DNA of 64,000 nt from Patescibacteria group bacterium (GCA_041666145.1 JBAYHK010000002.1:64260-128259); one strand, 5' to 3'. Shown: positions 47,101-56,955, counted from the stretch's first letter. The notes: generated from the sequence alone by a model not told the origin. Translations and numbers: made by a program.

Positions 47101-47539
47101 CAATGCCGTCAGCCGCATTTTCAAATGATGCCCTGCGCTCACCGACTGTATTTTCTATATTTGCAGCTGCTGCAAGATTCGTATCAACACCATCAATGAC
47201 TTCTCGCCATGCCCGCCATGGATCTTCTTCAGATTCAGAAGATTCAACCTTCTTTCCATGAATTGCTGCTGCTTCAGCGGCAGCAAATACAACTTTAAGC
47301 TTTTCAAATCTCGCTAAAGCTTCTTCACCTAAATCATTTTGATTTTCGTTAAAAAATCCAATCTCAGTCTCAACATCTTTTAAAAAAATAAAATTCTTAT
47401 CCGTGAATTCCTTCGAATTCTGCAAACCATCAAGTCTCCCAAAGACAGCATCAGAAAAAGTTAAAAAACTTCTCTCAACAGGATTCGGTAACTTCTCAGC
47501 TCTAGAATCGATTCCCTCTGGTTTTTTTTTCTTAGCCAT
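44195..47539 (-). CDS. Large hypothetical protein with a Pro/Glu-rich linker
   Basis: 1114-aa ORF; helical acidic N-terminal half, PEP repeats, Gly-rich hydrophobic C-terminal helices. Confidence 0.8.
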   Translation of the reverse strand: MAKKKKPEGIDSRAEKLPNPVERSFLTFSDAVFGRLDGLQNSKEFTDKNFIFLKDVETEIGFFNENQNDLGEEALARFEKLKVVFAAAEAAAIHGKKVESSESEEDPWRAWREVIDGVDTNLAAAANIENTVGERRASFENAADGIAVLREGLNANTERLETEGVEIDGVPELVNLRLECERLEAALAAYETNFNPSIESSEVQEPTEDLMDENARREIGEHFLAAIEALNARIEDIHTMPVGSDDEIAAVQRVIDQFILDVGLYRDDWEKVIHPILDRFGDSRRPDGWADLVNVHKELRTNVNKLDGEWRFFLSQKEEGKRSEVWKQKFPGFELQVAQLKMNILDARLKVGDERKIVMEALLKEAKALEIDWEVNICPFSPEDRTHGRGSDANIYTSVLKNVVADLEGYISKSLEIRSVGMKRVFKDWYRQVACMDFLWNEGSSNDVHAARAERAGFLERITHEVILDADEEFVRLVPEARREEFKSLIGSSAVYRELFTAIPAQDNNVDPLVSGKEENAEAKAAADLASVVNASAPSTSDDSLLPLPPTSDPIDTAAVNVSPSDSLAPEVSAETPPIENLPDLRAEAIKSHAEEVRKILRDDMFWEEERPQSKRGQMIGTLLRWPIGDRRMSVIKGVRPDRAEDFVYATEFTSLDDLKARIAALKEKYRAEEAVSAVPAPVPEPPIVKAPEPGPVLEPEPMPTSESAPVLVPEVALVAAPSPEPIPEPEPAPEPIPEPEPIIAPVLVAPVIPTPELVPIPVRRDELLHAEERVSSWAKNIREKVGGWFGKGIGDYVAMEVTGERSEREGTDEKMSRGEAIVRGTASVFSVVGKVFGFKSLVDVPRYFTQSYCNANERAYLQEQILSAMEHEVRTRVRGADPEVQTRANIEASDRLRRAIETSPKSEEDFPRAQREAMIKQLDAMRGKYQERNRETMAARSREVAEIIEKGIVPRVSGWQASKEVANSALRVLSLSGIGVGIEAVRGVTYGVMSFREKFEAVAKREKNTGVVANIATVFRETWQTTWKKLTATARTSTERVLNIAEALSTIATVVGMTGITVGGLEEALPGLRAAGVAAEGGVGQMATEARLAIQEHIEKMLPALERMAKRGA

Positions 47540-47542
47540 ACT

Positions 47543-47890
47543 TTAATTCTTTGCTCTTTCAGCTTTACGTAAATCTTCAACAAGCCCGGCAATACCTTGG
47601 GTAAATTCATTGTCTGCTTCAGCTTGAATTGCGGCGTATTTTTCCAAAACGGTTCGAATACTTTGTAAAACGTCGGCGACCTCTGCTTTTGCAGCTTTTT
47701 CTACAGCGCCATCAAGGACAGCTGCAAACCGAGAAAGCTGGTCAAGCCGCATTTCTGGAATAAGAACGGCCCATGCCGCCTTTTGCGCTTCTGGCAAAGA
47801 AGAAGCTGAAAGTGCTTCGGCGAGCAAAGTCGCAAGGTTCCGAGCCTCTTGCTGCAATGCAGCAATATCTGAGGATTGAGAGGATTTCAT
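47543..47890 (-). CDS. Hypothetical helical protein
   Basis: TATACT 6 nt before ATG 47890; 3 nt upstream of the large gene. Confidence 0.7.
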   Translation of the reverse strand: MKSSQSSDIAALQQEARNLATLLAEALSASSLPEAQKAAWAVLIPEMRLDQLSRFAAVLDGAVEKAAKAEVADVLQSIRTVLEKYAAIQAEADNEFTQGIAGLVEDLRKAERAKN

Positions 47891-47991
47891 GCGCACAGTA
47901 TATCTCAGTTTGACCTCCGAACTTTGAGGGACTATGTTCAGAAGTACGGCTCGTCACACCAAAGTCATCCAGGTATCATAGCTGTGTACTT

Positions 47992-49470
47992 ATGGACACC
48001 ACAAACTTCGCAGATCTTAAACGACGCCTTGATGCCAACTACCAGCCTGCTGATGTTGACGTTATTCGACGAGCATACGACTACGCCCAATCCGCTCATG
48101 AAGGGCAGCTTCGTGCTACTGGCGAACCGTACTTTATTCATTGTTTTGCAGTAGGCTTGAAACTAGCAGATCTTAAATTACCAAGTGAAGTTATTGCCGC
48201 TGGAATCTTGCATGACGTTCCAGAAGATACAAAAAAAACGGTAGAAGATTTGCGTGCCGAATTCGGAGACGACATCGCAAACATGGTAAGTGCGATCACG
48301 AAACTTGGTCACGTCAAATATCGTGGTGAAGAACGCTACGTTCAAAATCTTCGCAAAATGTTCGTTGCCATGGCAGAAGATGTTCGAGTTATCTTTATTA
48401 AATTCGCAGATCGCATGCACAATTTGGAAACGCTTTACGCGCTTCCGGAACATAAACGACTCCGCATTGCTAAAGAAGTTCTAGAAATCTACGCGCCAAT
48501 CGCGAATAGGCTTGGCATGGGTGAATACCGCGGGCAATTTGAAGATTACGCCTTTAAATACATCGAACCGAAAGAATACGGCTGGACAAAGCATCTTCTT
48601 GAAGAACGAGTGAAAAAATTCGGACCGTCGCTAGAAAGTGCCATGCGTCGAGTAAATATTGAATTGCATAGCAATAGCATTCAGCACATCGACATCCACG
48701 GACGAGTGAAACATTGCTACAGTCTATGGCGAAAACTTCAAAAATATAAAAATGACATGGGTAAGATTTACGACATTGTTGCCATGCGCATTGTTGTAAA
48801 AGACATTACCGATTGTTATGCAGTTCTCGGCCTACTTCATGGCCTATATACCCCATTACCTGGCCGCATTAAAGACTACATTGCCCAACCAAAACCAAAC
48901 GGCTACCAGTCGCTCCACACTACAGTCTTCGATGAAACTGGATCGATTTTAGAATTTCAAATCCGCACACAAGAAATGCATGAAGAAAGTGAGTATGGAG
49001 TTGCAGCACACTGGAGATACAAACAGGGAGCAACAAAGGAGGAGCGAAATGTTGCATGGATGGAAGAACTTTCTAGAATCCAAAAAGAGTTAACAACTGC
49101 CGATTTCATGACACATCTGAACGAGCTCAAACTCGACATGTTTCAAGACAGAATTTTTGTATTCACTCCAAAAGGCGACGTTATCGACCTTCCAGAAGAT
49201 TCAACGCCAATCGACATGGCATATGCTATTCATACAGAAATCGGCAACAAAGTTGCACAAGCAAAAGTAAATGGAGAAATTGCCTCGCTAGACAAAACAC
49301 TTTTAAGCGGAGACGTTTGCGAACTTATTATCGACAAAAATCGTAAGTCACCGAATAAAGACTGGTTGAAATTCGTAAAAACTCGTCATGCAAAAAGCAA
49401 AATCCGCGCAGCGCTCAGTGCGGCACAACGCGGACTCCTCTCTACAATCTGGGGAAAAATGAAAAGATAA
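47992..49470 (+). CDS. RelA/SpoT family (p)ppGpp synthetase/hydrolase (HD + SYNTH + TGS)
   Basis: GEPYFIH, LHDVPED, IKFADRMHN, KDYIAQPKPNGYQSLHT and FVFTPKG motifs; no ZFD/ACT domain. Confidence 0.95.
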   Translation: MDTTNFADLKRRLDANYQPADVDVIRRAYDYAQSAHEGQLRATGEPYFIHCFAVGLKLADLKLPSEVIAAGILHDVPEDTKKTVEDLRAEFGDDIANMVSAITKLGHVKYRGEERYVQNLRKMFVAMAEDVRVIFIKFADRMHNLETLYALPEHKRLRIAKEVLEIYAPIANRLGMGEYRGQFEDYAFKYIEPKEYGWTKHLLEERVKKFGPSLESAMRRVNIELHSNSIQHIDIHGRVKHCYSLWRKLQKYKNDMGKIYDIVAMRIVVKDITDCYAVLGLLHGLYTPLPGRIKDYIAQPKPNGYQSLHTTVFDETGSILEFQIRTQEMHEESEYGVAAHWRYKQGATKEERNVAWMEELSRIQKELTTADFMTHLNELKLDMFQDRIFVFTPKGDVIDLPEDSTPIDMAYAIHTEIGNKVAQAKVNGEIASLDKTLLSGDVCELIIDKNRKSPNKDWLKFVKTRHAKSKIRAALSAAQRGLLSTIWGKMKR

Positions 49471-49471
49471 T

Positions 49472-50419
49472 TTACAGAGCATCATGCAGACGACGAACCA
49501 TGTCTGCAAGATCTTCTTTCGAGTAGCAATGAATCGCAATGGTTCCTTCGGCACCTTTTACATCAATCGTGACTTTTGTTCCTAATTTTTCTCGAAGAGT
49601 TTCTTCGAGCGCAATAATATTTGGATCTTTTTGTGACTTTGCTCGACGAGATGTCGACTCCTCTGCATTTCTTACCGAAACTCCCCCATTCAACATCCGT
49701 GCAAATAATGCACGACGACGTTCTTCATTCGATTCTGAAAGAAGTGTTCGTGCATGGCTCTTTGAAATACGTCCATCGATAACTGCGACGAGCATGTCTG
49801 ACGGTAACTCAAGCAGACGAACAACATTCGCAATCTGCGAACGACTTTTCCCTACGCGTCCGGCAACGTCTTCTTGCGTTAGCCCAAAGTCTTCCATGAG
49901 CTGCCGGTATGCTCGAGCCTCTTCTACCGCATTCAAGTCTGCGCGCTGAATGTTCTCAATTAAGGCTAGTTCAAGCTTCTGCTGATCATTTGCCTTTCTC
50001 ACAATGACCGGCACTGTTGCGAGTCCTACTGCTCGGGCTGCGCGCAAACGTCGTTCGCCTGAAATAAGTTCATAAATGCCGGTAGCTAGCTCTGTAACAA
50101 CCAATGGCTGCAAAATTCCATGCTCCTTTATGCTCGCAACAAGATCTGAAAGTTCTTCAGCTGCAAAATACTGTCGCGGCTGACGCGGGTTTGCGACAAT
50201 GTCATTCGGCGAAATCTGAAGAAGGCGGTCATTATTTGCCGTATTCTCTAAACGTGGCATTGGCTGTACATGCACAGTTTGCAACGACTCATGATGTGCC
50301 TCCTCTGATGTTGACGGTTGAATTGCGATCGGAAAAGAAACATCACTCATTGATTGATGATTCGTAGACGGGAGCAACGCACCAAGACCGCGACCAAGTC
50401 CTCCTTGTATTTTCTGCAT
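49472..50419 (-). CDS. parB: Chromosome partitioning protein ParB
   Basis: GLGRGLGAL, NPRQPR, GILQP, SGERRLRA and LIENIQRADL motifs; HTH. Confidence 0.96.
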   Translation of the reverse strand: MQKIQGGLGRGLGALLPSTNHQSMSDVSFPIAIQPSTSEEAHHESLQTVHVQPMPRLENTANNDRLLQISPNDIVANPRQPRQYFAAEELSDLVASIKEHGILQPLVVTELATGIYELISGERRLRAARAVGLATVPVIVRKANDQQKLELALIENIQRADLNAVEEARAYRQLMEDFGLTQEDVAGRVGKSRSQIANVVRLLELPSDMLVAVIDGRISKSHARTLLSESNEERRRALFARMLNGGVSVRNAEESTSRRAKSQKDPNIIALEETLREKLGTKVTIDVKGAEGTIAIHCYSKEDLADMVRRLHDAL

Positions 50420-50420
50420 A

Positions 50421-51206
50421 TTACATGGTTACAGTTGCTGCACCAGACTCTTCTCGAACCAGAAATTCTCGTGCAAGTCTTTCATATGCCTTTGCTGCTT
50501 TTGATTCTGGATCGTAATGCAGAATAGATTTCCCAAAACTTGGAGCTTCTGCAAGTCGCACGCTTCGCGGAATAACTGAACGAAAAATCTTTCCTGGAAA
50601 ATGTTTGTAGAGCTCTTGCAAAACCTGATTCGACAAATTTGTTCGCGGATCAAACATTGTTATGACTGCCCCCATGATGCCAAGCTCTGGCTTGATGTGC
50701 TGACGAACAAGATTCACGGTATGCATAAGCTGACCTAGTCCTTCAAGGGCATAGTATTCGGCTTGCACTGGAATAAGCACGCTGTCGCTTGCAACAAGCC
50801 CGTTTATTGTAAGTAGCCCAAGCGAAGGAGCATTGTCAATCAAAATATAGTCATAATCATTACGCACCGACGCCAATGCCTGCTCAAGCTTTCGCTCACG
50901 ATTAAACTCAGAAACGAGTTCAACAGAAGATCCTGCCAAATCTGGACTTCCTGGTAATAATGCCAATCCAGGATGCGCAGTTCCAACAATCAAATCTTTC
51001 ACCTGATGCGTTCCAGCAATCGCCTCATATGTTCCAGAAAGCTCAGAAGGATTATGACCAAAACCGCTCGTTGCATTGCCTTGTGGGTCTAAATCAACCA
51101 AGAGAACAGCCTTACCAAGATGCGAAAGATATGCAGCTAAATTCATTGACGTTGTGGTCTTTCCTACACCACCTTTTTGGTTCACGATCGAGACAATATG
51201 CGCCAT
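50421..51206 (-). CDS. parA: Chromosome partitioning ATPase ParA/Soj
   Basis: NQKGGVGKTT, DLDPQGN, PVQAEYYALEG and LAEAPSFG motifs. Confidence 0.97.
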   Translation of the reverse strand: MAHIVSIVNQKGGVGKTTTSMNLAAYLSHLGKAVLLVDLDPQGNATSGFGHNPSELSGTYEAIAGTHQVKDLIVGTAHPGLALLPGSPDLAGSSVELVSEFNRERKLEQALASVRNDYDYILIDNAPSLGLLTINGLVASDSVLIPVQAEYYALEGLGQLMHTVNLVRQHIKPELGIMGAVITMFDPRTNLSNQVLQELYKHFPGKIFRSVIPRSVRLAEAPSFGKSILHYDPESKAAKAYERLAREFLVREESGAATVTM

Positions 51207-51258
51207 AGGATTGGCAAAAGTATACCAAACAAAAATCCCCGCAGTAAGCAGGGATTTT

Positions 51259-51335
51259 TGGTTGCGGGGGCCGGATTTGAACCGGCGACCTTCGGGTTAT
51301 GAGCCCGACGAGCTGCCTGGCTGCTCTACCCCGCG
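51259..51335 (-). tRNA. Initiator tRNA-fMet(CAT)
   Basis: CGCGGGGTAGAGCAG...TCGGG-CTCATAA-CCCGA...CCCGCAACCA; C1:A72 mismatch and three G:C pairs in the anticodon stem. Confidence 0.96.
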
Positions 51336-51437
51336 ATAGTTGAGTAACGCGGATATTTTGCATGAGTTTTCGAGTGATGTCAATGGAGAATATCTCAAGC
51401 GAATGTTATGCTCTACTCAAATTCTTCATGACTTTCT

Positions 51438-52232
51438 ATGGACACTTCAGGAATGTATCCCATGCCAGACGTCAAACAAACGCCGTCAAAAAATCCTCAA
51501 GTGATCATTGCGATACTCATCATAGGGGTTCTCATCATTGGAAGTGTTGGAGCGTATTTCATGACAAAAAATAGAGATACGGAAAAACTTGGCCTTGAAA
51601 ATGACCTTATAAATTTTCAATCAACCGTTCCATCTTCTGTTGAGATTTTCAAATCAGTAGAAACAAATACCACTCGATACGAAGAAAATGAGCTGTCGAC
51701 ATTAACGTATCTTCAAGCTCATGATGATGAAATAGCATATTGTTCAAAATTTGATGAAAAAACAGATGGAACAACCGTCGCTCAACTTTTGGATCCCGTC
51801 ATAATAAAAGCCATCTCAGACCGTGTTGGAGAATCAATCACCATTCCACTTTCTGAAAAACTCAAAATAATCATGGGTATTGATAATGGACTTTTAACGG
51901 ACCTCTGTAACTATAACGGGGACGTATGGGGGCTTATTCTTTCTTCAGACCTTCAAACAATGATTCCGTATCACTTTACTGAATCTGAAGGGGAATATTT
52001 CTTAAATGCATACAATCCATTCTTAACTCAAGGCGGATACGGATCACTCTTTTTTGATCACATCCCAAATAGAATCGTTGCAGCAACAGGCTATTCAGAA
52101 GATGGATTACTCGAATGGGAATACTACATCCTCGATGGAGAAAGTGGAGCTACTGACCTCATCGAGTCCTGTAATCAAAAAGTAGAAGAAACCCTGACCA
52201 CATTAGAGTGCGCCCGAGAATACATACCTTAA
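51438..52232 (+). CDS. Hypothetical membrane-anchored protein
   Basis: N-terminal TM segment and an acidic extracellular domain with 4 Cys. Confidence 0.7.
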   Translation: MDTSGMYPMPDVKQTPSKNPQVIIAILIIGVLIIGSVGAYFMTKNRDTEKLGLENDLINFQSTVPSSVEIFKSVETNTTRYEENELSTLTYLQAHDDEIAYCSKFDEKTDGTTVAQLLDPVIIKAISDRVGESITIPLSEKLKIIMGIDNGLLTDLCNYNGDVWGLILSSDLQTMIPYHFTESEGEYFLNAYNPFLTQGGYGSLFFDHIPNRIVAATGYSEDGLLEWEYYILDGESGATDLIESCNQKVEETLTTLECAREYIP

Positions 52233-52301
52233 GAAAAAAATCTTTTTCAAAAGTAAGGCGACGCTAGGGTAAAAACCCCGGCGTCGCTTGCGTTTTCGTA
52301 G

Positions 52302-54071
52302 CTATGGAATGCTTACTTGAAGTCCACATCCATCGCTTCCAGGATCTTCAACCACAGAAACATCAATCTCGGTGCCGTTATAACGTGCAAACGGCGTGCC
52401 GGTAAGTTCTCCTGGAGGAAAGGGTCCAAGACAGCTCCAGTTTTCGACAGCGTCGACTGCGAAGGCGTACGAGTATCGAAAGCTATCACGAGATCCCATG
52501 TCTGCGATACTGAAGTACAGTTCATCGCTCCAAGTACTCCACGTGATGTTCTGAGTCCAACCGTATCCGTAGTTGTTCTCGTTGGTGAACTCGCCAGAAA
52601 TCGTAATCCAGTCTGCCTCTTGCTCGAGATGCCACCAGATTTCGAGGCCAACACCAGACACTGCCCCTGGTACCCATTCTTCACTCTCAACTCCCCCAAC
52701 GCCTTCGCCAGGGTACGTTCCTGGAACATCTTCTGTGTCACCGCCGCACGTTGTCACGTCGTTGTTCGCGATGCAGTACGAATCCGTTTCGCAATTTCCA
52801 ACGATGTCCACGAGATCATCGAAGTCTCGTTCCGAGAGTTCATACACGGTCCGATTCGCAAACCCCATCAGAAGGAATGTGTCCCAGTTCGCAACCGGGA
52901 TCGCTGCTCCGCCTTCCATGACGTACACATCGGAATATTCTACGGTAGAGACTAAACTTCCGTCGCGAAACGTTGCCAGTTCCATCAACGCCGGATAGTT
53001 CGATAGGGACAATCCAACAGACGAAGACGACGGAAGACTCGAAAGACTCGTCGCCGAAATCCCCCACGTTGCCAATACCGTCGTCGCACCAGCAGAGATG
53101 ATATTTTGCCTGTAACGATTCGGGTCTGTAGGAGAACCAACAAGGAGCCAGGCACCGATCGAGGACGAGTCATACACTGCAGTTACCATACCGTCTGTTC
53201 GAACAGCGTCACCCATCGCGAAACACGAAGTCTCGTCGCTCGAGATGAGAACGATGTCATCCCAGTCGTACTTCCAGCTGGTAAATGCGCCCTCGTTGAG
53301 GAACGGACGCATCGTGAACCCGTCAAGCAAGTACACGGTCGACGAATCTGGCAGCTTAAGCAAGCTTCCTGAAGGATGCCACTGTGGAGTCGGAAGCGTG
53401 GATTGGTAGGTATGCCCAGTAGAGATATCACACGAAAGTTCCGTGGTCATCTTGGTCACCGAAGCACCGATCGATTCATCGATCGCATTGAAAGCCAGAG
53501 CGTTCAATGATGTTCCGTACTCACCCTTCAGCAAAGCACTTCCACTGTGACGGCCAATGTGGACATGGTCACCACTCGCCATTCCGGTGTGACCCTCGAA
53601 TCCGAGAAGTTGCCCGGCAGCGACCTCTTCTCCGTTGTCGACGAAGATGTCATCAAGATGCGCAAGAATGACGTATGTGCCGTCGCCCTGGTCGATATTA
53701 ATGTGTTCTCCGTAGTTTCTGGTTCGACTTTCGGTGTGCGTGTAGGCGACGCCACCAACCGGCGCGAACACGGGATCTCTTTTGTCATTGGGCGTATCGA
53801 AGTCGACGTCGTATCTGGTCGAACTGGATGTGTGCGAGTAACCACCGTTCGCTCCTTGCGGACACGTCGCCTCATACCCAGTAAAGAACGGGAGTTCGAT
53901 GGTGAGAAGATCGACTCCGCCACCGATCATACCGACGTCCTCAATTGATGAATCGTCAACGAAAGACACTTCGCTGACAGGGAGACCGACTCTGCATCCA
54001 GCAATAAAAATTGCGAAGCAGAAGACCAAGCGCCACATCACGAAAATACTCAATACCTTGTTTCTGAACAT
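52302..54071 (-). CDS. Putative lipoprotein with an M23 peptidase domain and repeated accessory domains
   Basis: GAGGAGG SD; lipobox IAGC; H...D, APVGG, AHL and GHTGMASGDHVH motifs; two GSL...VY repeats. Confidence 0.8.
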   Translation of the reverse strand: MFRNKVLSIFVMWRLVFCFAIFIAGCRVGLPVSEVSFVDDSSIEDVGMIGGGVDLLTIELPFFTGYEATCPQGANGGYSHTSSSTRYDVDFDTPNDKRDPVFAPVGGVAYTHTESRTRNYGEHINIDQGDGTYVILAHLDDIFVDNGEEVAAGQLLGFEGHTGMASGDHVHIGRHSGSALLKGEYGTSLNALAFNAIDESIGASVTKMTTELSCDISTGHTYQSTLPTPQWHPSGSLLKLPDSSTVYLLDGFTMRPFLNEGAFTSWKYDWDDIVLISSDETSCFAMGDAVRTDGMVTAVYDSSSIGAWLLVGSPTDPNRYRQNIISAGATTVLATWGISATSLSSLPSSSSVGLSLSNYPALMELATFRDGSLVSTVEYSDVYVMEGGAAIPVANWDTFLLMGFANRTVYELSERDFDDLVDIVGNCETDSYCIANNDVTTCGGDTEDVPGTYPGEGVGGVESEEWVPGAVSGVGLEIWWHLEQEADWITISGEFTNENNYGYGWTQNITWSTWSDELYFSIADMGSRDSFRYSYAFAVDAVENWSCLGPFPPGELTGTPFARYNGTEIDVSVVEDPGSDGCGLQVSIP

Positions 54072-54448
54072 GAAACCTCCTCACGGTGACGAGGCACGAT
54101 AATCACCATGATCGCGTGCCCCTCCTTCATGGAGACAGAAAGAGGGGCGAACGATCTTGCGACAACGGTCCAGAGCAATTTGCTCCCCATAATCAATCGC
54201 TCTGGACCGCGAAGAACAAAATCCATAACGTCGCTGCAAACACCTGATGAGCATGTTTTCGATGCGTTCGTCATCGAGATATTCTTCCCTGTTGCTTGTG
54301 GACGATCGGCCTGAAACGTCCTGCAATCATCCTGACAAAGCAACATGCAATCGACAAACGATTTTTCTCACTCAAAAGAAAAGTTCGTCGGACTATTTCC
54401 AACGAACTTTTCAAAACTTACATTTTCTACAACTAAAGCGTGTTCTTT

Positions 54449-55888
54449 CTATCGGGATGTCTCCGATGACGCATGAGGATATTCTTCTACAAATCGTTCC
54501 TTGTTCAAATACATTCCAATATCTCCGATCAATATACGTCCGCTTTCGCCAACCTGCTCCATACTATCGCGATGACGCAATGTTACCGTTCCATTCTCAA
54601 GCGTGTCATAGTCGATAGTTACACACCACGGCGTACCAACTTCATCCTGACGACGGTATCTCTTTCCAATAGAACCGCTCTCATCGTATTCCGCAGAAAC
54701 TCCCTGCTTTCGTAATTCCTCATAAATTGTCCACGCTTTGTCTGCAAGTCCATCTTTTTTCATGAGCGGCAAGATTGCCACCTTGTACGGTGCCAGATCA
54801 TATGGAAAGGACATAACAACGCGAGTCTCTTTTTCACCTTTCGCCGTCACCACCTCTTCCTCTCGATAAAACTCAAATAACGTTAAAAGGAACAATCGAT
54901 TAAAGCCACCAGAACATTCAACAACAAATGGAACGTATCGCTCATTCGTTTCTGGATCAAAATAACTCAAGTCTTGCCCACTAAACTTTCCGTGCTGATC
55001 AAGATCGTAACTGCCACGATGATGGACTCCTTCAACCTCCTTAAAACCGATCTCTCCAAACTTGTATTCAATATCCCAAGCATCAGAAGCATAAAATGCT
55101 CGCTCATCTTCTGCATGCTGGCGCCATCGAACATTCCCCTCTGAAAGTCCAAGAAACTTTGTATAAAAATCCCAACGATTTGCTTTCCATGCTTCATACT
55201 GAGCATCGGCCTCTGCTGGCTTACAAAAATACTGCACGTCCATCTGTTCAAATTCGCGTGTACGGAACAAAAACTGTTTTACCGTGATTTCATTTCGAAA
55301 TGCTTTTCCAATCTGTGCAATGCCAAATGGCAATTTTCGACGGGTCACCATCTGTGTAGCTTTGTAATCCAAATAAATATTCTGGCAACTCTCACCTTTT
55401 AGATAAACGAGTGATGATTCATCCTCAACCGGGCCAAGATGCGTCTTTACCAAAAGATTAAATCTTTTTGCGTTTGACACCGAGTTACCATCTGGACTCT
55501 TAATCTTATATTCTGCAATAACCTCATCGACCTGTTCCGGAGTTAATGCACCAGCATTTTCCATAACTCCAGCATCTTCAATAAGATGATCTGCACGAAA
55601 ACGACGATGTGAAACCAAATCTTCAACCAGAAGGTCGGAAAAACCACCAATATGACCAGAAGCCTCCCAAACCTTTGGATGCATAAAGATCGCACCCTCA
55701 ATCTCGACCATGTCTGTTCGACTTGTAACATTCCAATACCGCCAAGCTGCTTCTAAATTCTTTTTCAACAACACCCCGGTCGGACCAAAGTCATACGTTG
55801 CCGCAAAGCCGCCGTAAATTTCGCTCGAAGGAAAAACAAATCCTTTTTGTGCAGAAAAATGCACGATTTTTTCTAAACTTGCTTGCAT
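54449..55888 (-). CDS. glyQS: Glycine--tRNA ligase, homodimeric (alpha2) type
   Basis: EIYGG, VWEASGH, QIGKAFRNEI, FRTREFEQM and GSIGKRYRRQDEVGTP motifs. Confidence 0.96.
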   Translation of the reverse strand: MQASLEKIVHFSAQKGFVFPSSEIYGGFAATYDFGPTGVLLKKNLEAAWRYWNVTSRTDMVEIEGAIFMHPKVWEASGHIGGFSDLLVEDLVSHRRFRADHLIEDAGVMENAGALTPEQVDEVIAEYKIKSPDGNSVSNAKRFNLLVKTHLGPVEDESSLVYLKGESCQNIYLDYKATQMVTRRKLPFGIAQIGKAFRNEITVKQFLFRTREFEQMDVQYFCKPAEADAQYEAWKANRWDFYTKFLGLSEGNVRWRQHAEDERAFYASDAWDIEYKFGEIGFKEVEGVHHRGSYDLDQHGKFSGQDLSYFDPETNERYVPFVVECSGGFNRLFLLTLFEFYREEEVVTAKGEKETRVVMSFPYDLAPYKVAILPLMKKDGLADKAWTIYEELRKQGVSAEYDESGSIGKRYRRQDEVGTPWCVTIDYDTLENGTVTLRHRDSMEQVGESGRILIGDIGMYLNKERFVEEYPHASSETSR

Positions 55889-55953
55889 ATGAGTGCCAGT
55901 GTATCCGAAAGTATATAAATCACAAAACCTGCCAACTGGCAGGCTTTTTGTGG

Positions 55954-56295
55954 CTAAGCAAGCTTTAAATGCCGTTTAATGAACTGGATATCTCGATCAT
56001 GTGTTTGCATCTGAGGAATGAGGCCGTCATCGATCAATTCGAGCACAGAAGAGAAACCATCATCCATACGTTTGGTCAACTTTTCTTCAAGCACATCCAT
56101 TCTCCGAATCAGACCAGCTTCAGAAGCTTTCACTGCTGAATGAATCTCATCTCGAATATCTAACCGCAAATCTTCGAGTTTCTGATCAAACTTCTTCTCA
56201 AGCCTCTTTTCTTGTTCCAAAAACATTTTCGGAAGAACATCCTGAAGCACTTCAGTCATAATTCCACGAAAAGCTTTCTGCTGATTGTCTGTCAT
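55954..56295 (-). CDS. Small coiled-coil protein, paralog A
   Basis: C-terminal about 70 aa nearly identical to the 56956-57327 protein. Confidence 0.8.
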   Translation of the reverse strand: MTDNQQKAFRGIMTEVLQDVLPKMFLEQEKRLEKKFDQKLEDLRLDIRDEIHSAVKASEAGLIRRMDVLEEKLTKRMDDGFSSVLELIDDGLIPQMQTHDRDIQFIKRHLKLA

Positions 56296-56377
56296 ACGGC
56301 AACGCAATAAAGAATCTTCATGGGGAGTAAGTCGATTCTATCACGGCACCTTTTGTTAAACTAGAAATCATAAATAT

Positions 56378-56917
56378 ATGAATAAACTCTCGCTTAACGA
56401 ACTTCTTACCCTTTTTGACTCTCGACAAAAACTTACGGCAAACGCAATTATTCTGGAATTTTCTGAAACTTTCTTTGAGATATCGGGAAGTGCAACAAAA
56501 CATCAAGTCTGGCCTGATGGTTATATATCTCATCTTGAGGAAACTATGAACATCGCCAGAACATTATTTCAAACGCTCAACAGCCTTCGTCCACTTGAAT
56601 TTTCTGAATCTGACGCTCTCTTTACTCTCTTTCTTCATGATACTGACAAACTTTTTCGCCATTCAATACAAAATGGAAAAATTGTTCAGACATTAACTCA
56701 CGACGAAGCGCAACAAAAATTCTTCGCAATGCTTGAGACGCAATGGAACTACACGCCATCACAACAAGAACAAAACGCACTTCAATATGTTCATGGCGAA
56801 GGTGCCGACTATCACCCAACAAAAAGAGTCATGCAACCACTTGCTGCATTTATTCATTGTTGCGACATAATAAGCGCAAGAATTTGGTTCAACTTTGGCA
56901 AAGAACACGACTCCTAG
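56378..56917 (+). CDS. Stand-alone HD-domain phosphohydrolase
   Basis: H...GYISH, LFLHDTDK, VHG and IHCCD motifs. Confidence 0.75.
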   Translation: MNKLSLNELLTLFDSRQKLTANAIILEFSETFFEISGSATKHQVWPDGYISHLEETMNIARTLFQTLNSLRPLEFSESDALFTLFLHDTDKLFRHSIQNGKIVQTLTHDEAQQKFFAMLETQWNYTPSQQEQNALQYVHGEGADYHPTKRVMQPLAAFIHCCDIISARIWFNFGKEHDS

Positions 56918-56955
56918 AAAACATAAAAGCGCCCGACCATCCGAGCGCTTTTATG

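Noticed and set aside
49472-51340. parS site or replication origin near parAB
   Set aside because: No TGTTTCACGTGAAACA-like palindrome or DnaA-box cluster was noticed by eye.
56378-56917. MOBH-type HD relaxase for the T4SS-like locus
   Set aside because: Too short (179 aa), lacks the HHH-containing MOBH motif and is unlinked to the locus; a generic HD hydrolase is more likely.
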